A stretch of 64,000 nucleotides of DNA from Thecamonas trahens ATCC 50062. Taxonomy: Eukaryota; Protista; Apusomonadida. The notes under the pieces are model-generated. The model worked only from the letters and a program-made list of their open reading frames with translations. It was not told the DNA's origin and ran no database searches. Of this stretch, positions 10,919-20,604 are shown piece after piece (positions within the stretch are counted from its first letter, which is position 1; every line of letters starts with the position of its first letter). The position numbers and the translations under genes are program-made. Location: assembly GCF_000142905.1 (NCBI RefSeq), contig NW_013657644.1, positions 239,697 through 303,696 of the forward strand. Reading direction: 5' to 3'.

Positions 10919-11625
10919 TTAGACAGATGGCTGTTGCGGAGCGGTGCCGGCCACAAAGGCCTCGCGGACGGCATCGATGCGGGACTGGAGCTCACGCTTG
11001 GCATCAGCACGCTGGCGGAGAAGAAGGCGGGCGGATTCGACGGCCTGAGAGCGCTCACCAAGGATACGCTTGATGCGAGCCATGGACTTGCGGGTCTTCT
11101 CCAGACGATGAGGGGCGGCCATGGGCCGGACCTGTGAGCGGGCGGCCTCGCGCTCCGAGTTGAGCTTGTTCCGCTCGCGGAGGAGCACAAACCACAGAGC
11201 ATGCAGCTCCTCCAGCGACTTGAGCCGCAGCTCCGATGCACTCCACGCGCGACCTGTCTCCATCGCCAGCATCAACCCCCGTGTGTGAGTCATCGCCCCC
11301 TCTCTCCCCTGGCCATGCCCATCCCGCCTCGCATCCAGCCGCCCCTGCCGCGCACGCCTCCCGGCGGGACCAGGCATGGCCCACGGGTTGCTGATGGCTA
11401 TGACGTACCGACAACAGGATGCTGTCCACGCTCAACGTCCATGTCTGTGAAAGCAGCGCGGACAGCAGCCGCAGCAGCAGTACCAGGCGTCTCACTCTCC
11501 TCCGTCTCGGTCATTGGCGAGGAAGGCACGACCGACGTCGCCTTGGCCGACAACATAGCCGCCACCGACAGGGCCTGTCGGCCGGTAGCCTGTGCAACCA
11601 TGCCTGTCCGGAAGAGCGCAAACAT
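10919..11625 (-). CDS. MRPL47: Mitochondrial ribosomal protein uL29m (L47); exons 11409-11625 and 10919-11253
   Basis: Motif GRAWSASELRLKSLEELHALWFVLLRERNKL...KSMARIKRILGER. Intron gtacgt...acag in phase 1. N-terminus resembles a mitochondrial presequence. Confidence 0.92.
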
Positions 11626-11822
11626 AACTATATCTCCACAACTTCTTCGCTCTCTTGTGTGTCTCCTAGTACAAGTGTACCAAGCTCTTGAGCGTGAGGT
11701 ACCCCTTTCCCCCCCGTGCCGCCCCCCCCTCTTCCCTTCCCCCCCACTCCTTTCAATTGACTTGTTCTCCTTTGCATGAATCAATGAATGTCCCCTCCCC
11801 TCGGCCCGTCAGCCTCGCCCCG

Positions 11823-11878
11823 ATTACCCGACACACGATCACCCGACACACGACGATCACCCGACACACGATCACCCG
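11823..11878. repeat. Short tandem repeat (acacgatcacccg) x3-4 upstream of MRPL47
   Basis: attacccgacacacgatcacccgacacacgacgatcacccgacacacgatcacccg. Confidence 0.8.
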
Positions 11879-12140
11879 CACTGCTCCTCCCTCGCCCACT
11901 CTCACGCTGACAAGGGCTTGCTTCCTCATGCCCACTCGCAGGTTTATGTATGCTCACTCATACTCGACCGGATGTCCATGGTTGATCGATGGTAGTTAGG
12001 ATGGAGCCACGTGGGCCGCAGCCGGTCCTCTCGGCGGTTGACGATGATGGAGATCATGGTGGTGACCGCAGTGGCGGGTCCGAGGGGTTTGGTGGGGCGG
12101 TGCGTGGCGGCGTGGGCAGAGGGGCCCGAGTTGGCGACGG

Positions 12141-12956
12141 TCATGGAACCCACATGGCGCCGCCAAACAAGGGAGTCGAGGGCCGCGAGCCGGTGAGCGA
12201 GTTGGTGGTGTAGAACGGATTGACGTGAAAGGTTGAAGCGGCATAGTCTGAGTTCCATGACCAGCCTGAGCTGAGGAACGAGTCTGCCGGCGAGGCGGGC
12301 GCCGATGCTGCGAATCGCGGGCGCGGCCGGCGACGGAGGGTAGTCGGCGGCGGTGACCAGCCGAGCGAGTGGACAGTGCCGGCGGCCGATGCTCGACGGA
12401 GTGGGGTAGCTGCCACCCACTGCGGCGGCGCTCGCGGCAGGCCTCGCACCGCCGCTCTCGGCCGCGCCCACAGCGGGAGCACCGGCAGCGGCGCGTGCCT
12501 TCCAAGCCCGGGCCCATACATTGGCAGCCGTGCCCGTCCGCGATCGCTCACCGCCTGCCGGCGCGGCGACGCTGCTTGGCCGTCGTCAGCTTTGTCCTGA
12601 GCGCGTGCCTGCCGCCGCCAGCCTGCGGCATGCCGCCGCAGCCCACCATGCGCCTGCTGCCCGTAGCCAGCCGGGATGGGGAGCGCCGCGTGCGCTGGAA
12701 GATGCGCAGGCAGAGGCGGGAGTGGCAGGGCCGGATAGACTCGGGCGGCGGGCGGGTGCAGGCCTTGACGCAGAGCGTGAGGAATGAGCGGAACGACAAC
12801 TGGGCCCATCACACCCGGCACAACAACCATCATCGGCTGCGGCGGTATGTGGAGAGCCATTGCATGTCGACGCACTTGCGGCGCTGCCCGTGGTCCTCGC
12901 CCAGGCGACGACACCACTGGCTCACCTGCCGGCCCTCGGTGGCGCGCACTCGGCAT
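12141..12956 (-). CDS. Hypothetical Pro/Arg-rich protein
   Basis: 271-aa ATG-initiated ORF filling the space between MRPL47 and RPL3. No recognisable domain. Confidence 0.35.
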   Translation of the reverse strand: MPSARHRGPAGEPVVSSPGRGPRAAPQVRRHAMALHIPPQPMMVVVPGVMGPVVVPLIPHALRQGLHPPAARVYPALPLPPLPAHLPAHAALPIPAGYGQQAHGGLRRHAAGWRRQARAQDKADDGQAASPRRQAVSDRGRARLPMYGPGLGRHAPLPVLPLWARPRAAVRGLPRAPPQWVAATPLRRASAAGTVHSLGWSPPPTTLRRRPRPRFAASAPASPADSFLSSGWSWNSDYAASTFHVNPFYTTNSLTGSRPSTPLFGGAMWVP

Positions 12957-13289
12957 GCTCCCTCACACGACAAGCTACAGAGACGGGCCGTTCCCACTTT
13001 CTCACGCTACACTCTGTCAAAAACCGGCCTGCAGCTCGCCGAGTCGTCCGAGCACGGCGCGGCGGGCAGGCGAAAGTGGCGGTGGACGAAGCGATGGGCG
13101 CGAACAGGCGGGATACGATGCCTGCAGGCAACGAAGGTGTGGTCGAAACGAGCGAGTGTGGTGGTTGCTGGTGGTGGCGGTGGAAGCGAATTGAGCTCGC
13201 GCGAATCTCCACCTCGCCTGTTTTCACTTTTGCTCGTTCGGCGCGAGCGCGACGACTATTTCACTGGCACCTCTCGCACATTTCAACAA

Positions 13290-14993
13290 AGTACGAAACC
13301 GAATTGCCTTTGTTCGACACCCAGCCGGAGCCTCGCCTCGGCCGGCCATACTCTCCCCTACCACTCCTTGCATACCCTGTAGAGGACCACCACATGCCAC
13401 TCGTGCTGCTTCCCGCTCTGCCAGCTTGTGTGGCCATGCTTCCACCCCTGAGCGCCGCTGTCCTGTCCTCCCCCTTTCCCCTCCCGTCGAGCTCATCATC
13501 ATCTTGGCGGCGCTTTTTTGGCGAGTGTCTGATCCCCCCCTCGGTCCCTCCCTTGCCCGAGGCATGGAGAGGTGAGCGTGAGAACACCGCCACGCCAACC
13601 ACCACCGCCCGGACCAGCTGCGCACCGCGCATGTATGACCTGTAGTGCTTCTCTCCAACGCTTGCGCTTTGCGACTGGAGTCGTCGGGTCGGCGCAGGAA
13701 AGCAGCCAGCGCCGTTTTCGGATAATCATCGAACTGTCGCCATCCACCACCACTCACGCCCCTTCCCCTTCCCCCTCCCCCCCTCTTGCAGTGTCGCACC
13801 GTAAGTTCTCTGCCCCCCGCCATGGGTCGCTCGGGTTCCTTCCGCGCAAGCGCGCGAAGCGCGTCCGCGGGCGCATTCGCCGCTTCCCGCGTGACGATGC
13901 GTCGCTCCCGCCGCACTGCACTGCGTTCATGGGCTACAAGGCCGGCATGACGCACATTGTGCGCGACATGGACAAGCCCGGCTCGAAGATCCACAAGAAG
14001 GAGGTCCTCGAGGCTGTGACGATCATCGAGACTCCCCCGATGGTTGTGATCGGCATTGTCGGCTACGTCGAGACCCCGCGCGGCCTCCGCGGCCTCACCA
14101 CTGTGTGGGCGCAGGAGCTTTCGACTGAGGTCAAGCGCCGGTTCTACAAGAACTGGTACCGCTCGAAGAAGAAGGCGTTCACCAAGTATGCCGCCAAGAT
14201 GAACTCGGGCAAGAAGTCCCTTGACGTCGAGTGCGCTCGCATCGAGAAGTACTGCAAGGTTGTGCGCGTCATCGCCCACACCCAGCCGTCGCGCACCTCG
14301 CTCCGCCTCAAGGCCGCCCACATCATGGAGATCCAGATCAACGGTGGCTCGATCGCCGACAAGGTCGCCTTTGCGCGCACCCTCCTCGAGAACCCGCTCA
14401 CCGTCGACCAGGTGTTCAACAAGGACGAGATGATCGACACCATTGCCGTCACCAAGGGTAAGGGTTTCGCTGGCGTCATTGCCCGCTGGGGCGTCTCGCG
14501 CCTCCCGCGCAAGACCCACCGTGGTCTCCGCAAGGTCGCCTGTATCGGTGCCTGGCACCCCGCCCGCGTGTCGTTCTCTGTCGCGCGTGCTGGTCAGCAG
14601 GGCTTCCACCACCGTACCGAGATCAACAAGAAGGTCTACCGCATCGGCCGTGGCATCCACACCGACGAGCAGGGTAACCGCGTCTTCAACAACGCCTCGA
14701 CCGACGTCGACATCACCAAGAAGTCGATCACGCCGATGGGTGGCTTCCCGCACTACGGTGTTGTCCGCGAGGACTTTGTCATGATCAAGGGTAACTGCCC
14801 GGGTGTCCGCAAGCGCGTCATCACCCTCCGCAAGTCGCTCTTTGCCCAGACCAACCGTGCCGCCACCGAGCAGGTCTCGCTCAAGTTCATCGACACCTCG
14901 TCGAAGATGGGCCACGGCCGCTTCCAGACCAAGGCCGAGCGCCTCGCCTTCGAGGGCCCGCGCAAGACCAAGACGACCTACGTCGAGGAGTAA
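13290..14993 (+). CDS. RPL3: 60S ribosomal protein L3 (uL3); start codon split A|TG by intron 13291-13791
   Basis: Motifs [28 protein letters not shown] and [12 protein letters not shown]. Acceptor ttgcag|TG TCG CAC at 13791/13792; donor caacaaA|gtacga at 13290/13291. Confidence 0.97.
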
Positions 14994-15212
14994 AAAATGT
15001 CTTTCAGGCAAATACCTGGTGCTCTCCGCCGCGGTCATGTCGACTGCCTTGCCTGTCTGCTCGTCTGCCCCACATCCCCTCCCCCTCTTCCCCCGCCGCG
15101 CCACCTTGACGCGTTTTCTCCGCACACGCACGCCCCCGGTTGGCGTTCACGTGTCTCGGGCACGGACCACTTCACCCACCCCCACCCCCACCCCCACCCA
15201 CTCATTGAGTTA

Positions 15213-16589
15213 ATGAGTCAACCCCAGGCCCCTTTTTCGGTGAATGGACCACAGATGACGACTCCAGCCGATGAGGCGAGACCAGGCGCTCGGGAAGTGG
15301 CCATATATGCAGGGAGGATGGCATTGGCTGGCCTGCTGTTCAACTGCCAGCCGTCTGAGCCTTACCTCACCGCGTATCTCAAGAACGATAAGGGACTCAC
15401 ATCGGATACTCTGGATGCCTCTGTCTGGCCATGGAACACATACTCTGCCGTACCATGGCTTCTGCTGGTGGCGCTCATGGCCGATATCGCCGGACCATGG
15501 CCTGTTCTTCTTCTTGGTGCTCTTCTTCGTCTCGCTACCCGTAATCTCCTTCTCTTTGCCTCGGGCGTCCCGGCCATGGCCGCCGCTCAGGTCACGTACG
15601 CAGGCGCATCGGCTGTCAACACCATCTACTTTGCCTACGTCTACATCGCCGTCCCACGCAAACACTACGCCGCAGTCACAGGCATTGTCCATGCAGCCTG
15701 GCACGCTGGCAATCTCGTCGGATCGGCGGCCGGCCAAGCGTACGTCTCGGCCCACGGCGGAGTCCATCACGCGCCGCTCGCTCATCTCTTCTACGCCTCG
15801 CTTTTGTTTACCTCGTGTGGCACAGCGTCGCTTTTTCTCCTTCCCTCGCCGCGGGCTGCGCTGCCGCCGTCGGTCTTCTCGCTTGCCCGCGGCCTCCGCA
15901 CGGCGCTGTCCGCCATTGCGGCCCTCTACGACCACGCCGTCGTCCGTGCATGGTCGCTGTGGTGGATCGCGGTCTACGGTGCCCACTACGTCATCGGAAA
16001 CTACTACCAGACTCAGTTCTCCGACATCCGCCCGCACGACGACAAGGCCTACGGTGCTGTGGAGATGATCATCGAAGCCGGTTCGACCCTCGCCTCGGGC
16101 CTCCCGCTGGTCCTTGCCGCGGCCTCGCTGGCCTCGGCCTCGACTACCGCCGCCCTTGGCTCACTCTTGCTCTCGGGCTGCTACTTTGCGTCGACTCGAC
16201 TCACCTCGTCGGTCTACTACTCGTTTGCCTTCAACACTGCTGCCATCACCGCCTTTGCCGGCCTGTATGCCGTCGCCTCCAATGCCATCGGCCGCGTTCA
16301 CGGCGGCTCGGACGTCGATTCGGACGCACCGCTCGTTGCCGACCCTCACTACGCCGTCGTCTTTGCGCTCAACACCCTTGTCGCCCTTGGCCTCGCCACT
16401 ATCGGCCAGGCCACTGGCGTTCACGCCGGCTACCACACCAACGACTACTACGTGCTTGCTGCCATTGTCACGCTCGCCGCTGCTGTTGCCATCACCGGCC
16501 ACGGCATCATCACCGCCATGGTCCGCTCTTCGCCGCCGCTCCCGGCCACTCGCCCGCTCCTCGAGTCGGCGGCCTCGATTAACATCTGA
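15213..16589 (+). CDS. Reduced folate/thiamine carrier (SLC19 family, MFS)
   Basis: QPSEPYLTAYL...VWPWNTYS signature, WSLWW motif, multiple hydrophobic TM segments. Confidence 0.85.
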   Translation: MSQPQAPFSVNGPQMTTPADEARPGAREVAIYAGRMALAGLLFNCQPSEPYLTAYLKNDKGLTSDTLDASVWPWNTYSAVPWLLLVALMADIAGPWPVLLLGALLRLATRNLLLFASGVPAMAAAQVTYAGASAVNTIYFAYVYIAVPRKHYAAVTGIVHAAWHAGNLVGSAAGQAYVSAHGGVHHAPLAHLFYASLLFTSCGTASLFLLPSPRAALPPSVFSLARGLRTALSAIAALYDHAVVRAWSLWWIAVYGAHYVIGNYYQTQFSDIRPHDDKAYGAVEMIIEAGSTLASGLPLVLAAASLASASTTAALGSLLLSGCYFASTRLTSSVYYSFAFNTAAITAFAGLYAVASNAIGRVHGGSDVDSDAPLVADPHYAVVFALNTLVALGLATIGQATGVHAGYHTNDYYVLAAIVTLAAAVAITGHGIITAMVRSSPPLPATRPLLESAASINI

Positions 16590-16601
16590 GAGCGCGAGTG
16601 T

Positions 16602-18359
16602 TCAATCGTTGTTCCCGGCTGCTTGTGCGGCGTTGGCCATCGAGACCGGCGGCGGCGGAATGGTGTGGCCGAGTGCGTCGGCGAGCATGGTCATGACCTC
16701 ATCGCAAGTGGCGAAGATACGGAGAGCGGCAAACTTGTCAAACGGTGTCTTCTGCAGATTGACAATGACCAGCGCGCCGCCCGACTCAAAGATGAGCTGC
16801 GGCAGATCGCAGGCCGGCGACACCCGCATCGAGGTGCCGAGGACCAGCGCAACATCGCCAGCGGCCGACGCTGCATGCGCCGTCGCGTACTGGTCTTCTG
16901 GCAGCGCCTCGCCAAAGTTGACGATCGAGTCAACCAGCTCGCCGTCGCACCCCTCGGCTTCGCACCGCCGCCCGGTCTTATGGTCCGCCCGGCAGCCTGC
17001 GGCAGTTGTGTCAAACGGCCGATCATACTCGACGCCGCACGCACGGCAGCGCTCGAGGTAGCAGTTGCCGTGGAGCTCCGAGATAGAGGTCCGCGGCACG
17101 CCCGACAGCCGATGCAGCCCGTCAAGGTTCGTCGACACGATGTGCTGCAGTGGGTTGTCACTGTCCGCGAGCATGCTTGCCAGCGCCATGTGCGCTGTTG
17201 TCGGCACTGCCTGGTCCATCCGGATCTCACACTTGGCGGCGAGGCCCTTGGCGGCCATGGTCCACACGCCCGAAGGGCCGCGGTAGTCCGGAATCTTGGC
17301 CGCCGTCGAGATGCCGGCCCCTGTGTACGCTACCACATGCTGCGCTGACTTGATCAGCTCGGCCAGCTCGGCGACCTTGGCCGCCAGTACCTCGGGCTCG
17401 TCGCGGTACTCGACAATGTCCTCGTCCTTGCTGTGACCGTACTGCCCACCGCCACCGGCGGCGATCACCGCCGCTGTTGTTGTCACCCTCGTCTCGGTCT
17501 CGCGGAGCGAGTCAGCGTTAAAGTTGGAGATGGCGGCGTTGAGCGAGCCAATCGGAGGAGCTTGCGGCGGAGGCACCATCGGTGCCGGCTCGGGATACGC
17601 TTCGGTCGCCTGCGCCTTGGGCGCCTTGGCATGGATGACCCTGTCCATCAGCTCGGCGAGCCGGGCCGTGTTGCGCTGGTGACGCTCGGTGTCGGCCGCC
17701 AGCCGGGTCGACGTTGTCACGTGGCCGATGCCCTCGCGGACCATGGCCTCGCTCACCAGGTTCCACTCGCCAGACTCGGGGTCCTTGATCCGGACCGTCG
17801 CCACCTGTGTGTGGGTTGTCCCAGCCTCGGTTGGGACAGAGTCCGGGACGGCGTAGCCTGCACCATCCGGCAGGGCGAGCGTGCCCGATGCGCCTGCTCC
17901 AGCATCGAGCTCCTTGCACCCAACGGCGAGGACGACCCGGGCGCTCGATCCGCACGCAACCATGGCCTTGGGCACGGTCTTGGCCCACATGCTCGGCAGC
18001 GCAAGCGTGACATCCTCGCTCATGTCGACGGTCACCGTGTGGGCGCCGACGCCAGCCTTGGCCGCCACCACCGCCATCTGCTGGCACGAGATGATCTCCA
18101 ACACACCCGAGATGATAGTCGAGCGCACCTCGACGGTGCACCCGGAGCACTCCATGATGACAACCTTGGCAACCTTGCGGGCAGTGACCACGATCCGGCT
18201 CGCCGAGCAGCCACGGATGAGCACAGCATCGCCCATGCCTGCCATGCCGTCGTCCACCGTCACCTCGCCATCGACCACGTCGACGACCTCGGCGGCCGGC
18301 TTGCGCCGCAGCGCAAACTTAAGCACGTTCACCAGTCCGTCTGTCTCAGCAGCTGCCAT
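16602..18359 (-). CDS. Class IV (SIRT6/7-like) sirtuin fused to an N-terminal C-CAP-like beta-helix and a WH2/thymosin-like motif
   Basis: Sirtuin motifs YTGAGISTAAKIPDYRGPSGVWT, STNLDGLH, ELHGN, CxxC zinc, IVNFGE, LGTSMRV and IVNLQKT. N-terminal IRGCSASRIVV...KVVIMECSGCTVEV...SGVLEIISC repeats; LNAAISNFNADSLRETET. Confidence 0.9.
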   Translation of the reverse strand: MAAAETDGLVNVLKFALRRKPAAEVVDVVDGEVTVDDGMAGMGDAVLIRGCSASRIVVTARKVAKVVIMECSGCTVEVRSTIISGVLEIISCQQMAVVAAKAGVGAHTVTVDMSEDVTLALPSMWAKTVPKAMVACGSSARVVLAVGCKELDAGAGASGTLALPDGAGYAVPDSVPTEAGTTHTQVATVRIKDPESGEWNLVSEAMVREGIGHVTTSTRLAADTERHQRNTARLAELMDRVIHAKAPKAQATEAYPEPAPMVPPPQAPPIGSLNAAISNFNADSLRETETRVTTTAAVIAAGGGGQYGHSKDEDIVEYRDEPEVLAAKVAELAELIKSAQHVVAYTGAGISTAAKIPDYRGPSGVWTMAAKGLAAKCEIRMDQAVPTTAHMALASMLADSDNPLQHIVSTNLDGLHRLSGVPRTSISELHGNCYLERCRACGVEYDRPFDTTAAGCRADHKTGRRCEAEGCDGELVDSIVNFGEALPEDQYATAHAASAAGDVALVLGTSMRVSPACDLPQLIFESGGALVIVNLQKTPFDKFAALRIFATCDEVMTMLADALGHTIPPPPVSMANAAQAAGNND

Positions 18360-18529
18360 TGTGTAGCAAGATGTATGTAAGTATGTGTGGAAGATGCTAG
18401 GATTTCCCGAGAATGTCGCCATCATCGTCACCTTTTGTACCTCGCCGCTTTGGGCACGGCTGGTGTTGGTTGCTGCTTCTTCCGAACTTGCGAAGGATTT
18501 CATGGAAGGAATGCTCCCCTTTTTTGGGG

Positions 18530-18680
18530 ATTACCGAACGAGCGATTACTGTTGAACGAAACGAGTTAGCCATAATGCATGAACGAACGATTGTGAATGA
18601 TTATGATGAGGTTCGAACGGGACGGGACGATTGTGAACGCATTGTGTTCATGAGCGATTACGCATGAACAAACGATATGG
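18530..18680. promoter_or_regulatory. AT-richer divergent intergenic region with repeated gaacgaacgattgtgaa-like motifs
   Basis: gaacgagcgatta, gaacgaacgattgtgaa, gacgattgtgaac and gaacaaacgat lie between divergently transcribed genes. Confidence 0.4.
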
Positions 18681-18783
18681 CCTTTCAATCGGCGAGACGG
18701 GCAGTCACCTCTGGTCGAGCCAGTAACGGTACCGTGGTTGTGAAGACAGGCCAGGCAGGCCAAGTAGACCCACCCACCCAGCA

Positions 18784-18814
<31 letters not shown>

Positions 18815-18843
18815 CAGACGCATATACACTCTCGCACGGCCCT

Positions 18844-20604
18844 ATGACCGAGTACGGTGATGCAGCAGCCCTGTTTGGCCTCGGTGGCTGGCAAGGCGAC
18901 GAGGCCGGCGCGGCGATAGGCGGCGGAAGCGACTCGGCATCGGCCGGTGACGGCGCGGCGATCGAGGGGAGCAGCAGGGGGCGACCAGCTGAGCCTCCGC
19001 CTGCGCATGCGCTTGCGGCGGGCCAGGCTGTGTGGCGGAGCGTGTTTGGTCGCAGCGAGTCGGGCTTGTGGTCCAGGCTCGAGCCGGTCCTCCTCGCTGC
19101 CCTCGAGTCGGCCACCGGGCTGGCCATTGCTCCGGCCGATGGGGTGGCCTTGGCAAGGATCCTGACCGGTGGCTCACAGAATGCACCAGTCGGCACGATT
19201 GTAACCCGCGCTCGCTTCGATAACGTCGTGCGATGGCTTGGCCCGCTGCCTGTCCTCGTCCTCCGCCTGCGACATCTTCTGCAGCGCGGCGGATGCGCGT
19301 GGTTCCATGGCGAGATCAGCTCGTCAGCGGCGGCGACCGTGCTCGATGCCGCCGGTACAGGTCCAGGCACTTTCCTTGTCCGCTTCTCGGTCTCGCAAGC
19401 TGCCGAGGGCGGGTACTCGGTCTCACTGCTCGATGCTGGGGGCGCCGTCCGCCACTACAACGGCCTGCGCTCGCTACACTCGTCGGATGCATCATCGTAC
19501 ATGATGTTTGAGAACGCGCTGTACCCCTCGGTCGTCGATTTTGTCCACTCGGAGATCGCAAGCATTGTAGCGTCGACCTTGCCCGCACCATCCTCGCCGT
19601 TGGTCACCATCGAGCCCACCCCCCTCTACGCCTGCCCGGGCTCGATCTTTGCTGATCTTGTGTGGGACGCCGGCGCTCGGCTCGACGCTGCGCCATTTGC
19701 GCTCTTTGCCGCCTATCCCAACATGCTGGCTCCACCGCCGTCGCCATCGAGCCCGTCAAGCCTGCTCCTCGGCTCGCTGTCGAGTTCGTCACTGGCAGGC
19801 TCTGAAGATAGCTCGCGGTCGGGTCATTCTACTGCGCTCACCAGCGCGCTGGTCAGCGCGGTCGGTCCTGGCGATCCGGCCGCCGCTGTCCGGCGCCTCG
19901 TCACCGCCGTCCGCGAGCGGCTCTCACTCGGCCTCAAAGCTGCCAGCGTCATGGTCACCACCACCTCGGTTGTGCCTGTCCTGGCTGGTTTCCTTCTTCA
20001 CTCGCGCGCACCGACCGTCCAGATCGCCGCCACACACGCCATCGGCCTTCTTGTGTCGCGCCTCCGGCTCGTGGCGCCGGCTGATGCCGATGTCCTCTCT
20101 GTCTTGATTGACCAGGCTCATGTCCTACATCTGCCGCGCATGCTGGCCACCCTCCTTCAGGCCCGGATCTCCATCCCAGAGCGTATGGTGGTGGCCGACA
20201 CGCTCATGGCGGTCCTCGGCCTCTCGCCCGTTCTTGTTGAGCAGGCGCTCGCTGACTCGGTTGCTCGCTCCATCGCTGTAGTTGGAACCAACACCGTTCA
20301 CCCACCACTCCTTGCCGAGCTCCTCAACATGCTCACCCTACTGTTGTCCACTCCTGGCGGGCTCGACGTTCTTGCCGCTGCTGGTGCCGTCGACCTCGTC
20401 GCCCGGATCCTTGGCCCCTACCCGGTCCCGCCGTCGCCACCGGTCCCATCCGCCCGCTTTCCGCCCGCGCCCGCTTTACCGGGCTCGGTCTTCCGCTCGG
20501 CTGCCATTGCCGCCGCCCGTGCCTTTACCGCTGCCGGCCTCTGCGACTGGTCCATGCTGCCGCCCGAGCTTGCCAACGACGCGGCGCCGCAGGGCTCAGC
20601 ATGA
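18844..20604 (+). CDS. SH2-domain protein with C-terminal ARM-like helical repeats
   Basis: SH2 signature AWFHGEISSSAAATVL...PGTFLVRFS...YSVS...VRHY. Hydrophobic helical repeats downstream. Confidence 0.8.
   Translation: MTEYGDAAALFGLGGWQGDEAGAAIGGGSDSASAGDGAAIEGSSRGRPAEPPPAHALAAGQAVWRSVFGRSESGLWSRLEPVLLAALESATGLAIAPADGVALARILTGGSQNAPVGTIVTRARFDNVVRWLGPLPVLVLRLRHLLQRGGCAWFHGEISSSAAATVLDAAGTGPGTFLVRFSVSQAAEGGYSVSLLDAGGAVRHYNGLRSLHSSDASSYMMFENALYPSVVDFVHSEIASIVASTLPAPSSPLVTIEPTPLYACPGSIFADLVWDAGARLDAAPFALFAAYPNMLAPPPSPSSPSSLLLGSLSSSSLAGSEDSSRSGHSTALTSALVSAVGPGDPAAAVRRLVTAVRERLSLGLKAASVMVTTTSVVPVLAGFLLHSRAPTVQIAATHAIGLLVSRLRLVAPADADVLSVLIDQAHVLHLPRMLATLLQARISIPERMVVADTLMAVLGLSPVLVEQALADSVARSIAVVGTNTVHPPLLAELLNMLTLLLSTPGGLDVLAAAGAVDLVARILGPYPVPPSPPVPSARFPPAPALPGSVFRSAAIAAARAFTAAGLCDWSMLPPELANDAAPQGSA

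Noticed and set aside
12400-12530. Cys-rich CQC...CRCSRC...CEAC reading on the minus strand (zinc-finger-like)
   Set aside because: It is an alternative frame of a longer ORF, has an upstream stop and no convincing splice route. Cys/Arg richness is typical of off-frame GC-rich sequence.
13680-13720. ggcgcaggaaagcagccagcgcc hairpin vaguely like SRP RNA helix 8
   Set aside because: It lacks the proper symmetric-loop consensus and flanking helices. Kept only as part of the unspecific intron-RNA suggestion.
13224-15131. 635-aa antisense ORF over RPL3, and many similar long shadow ORFs
   Set aside because: Expected from high GC3 codon bias, which removes stops on the opposite strand. No domain features.
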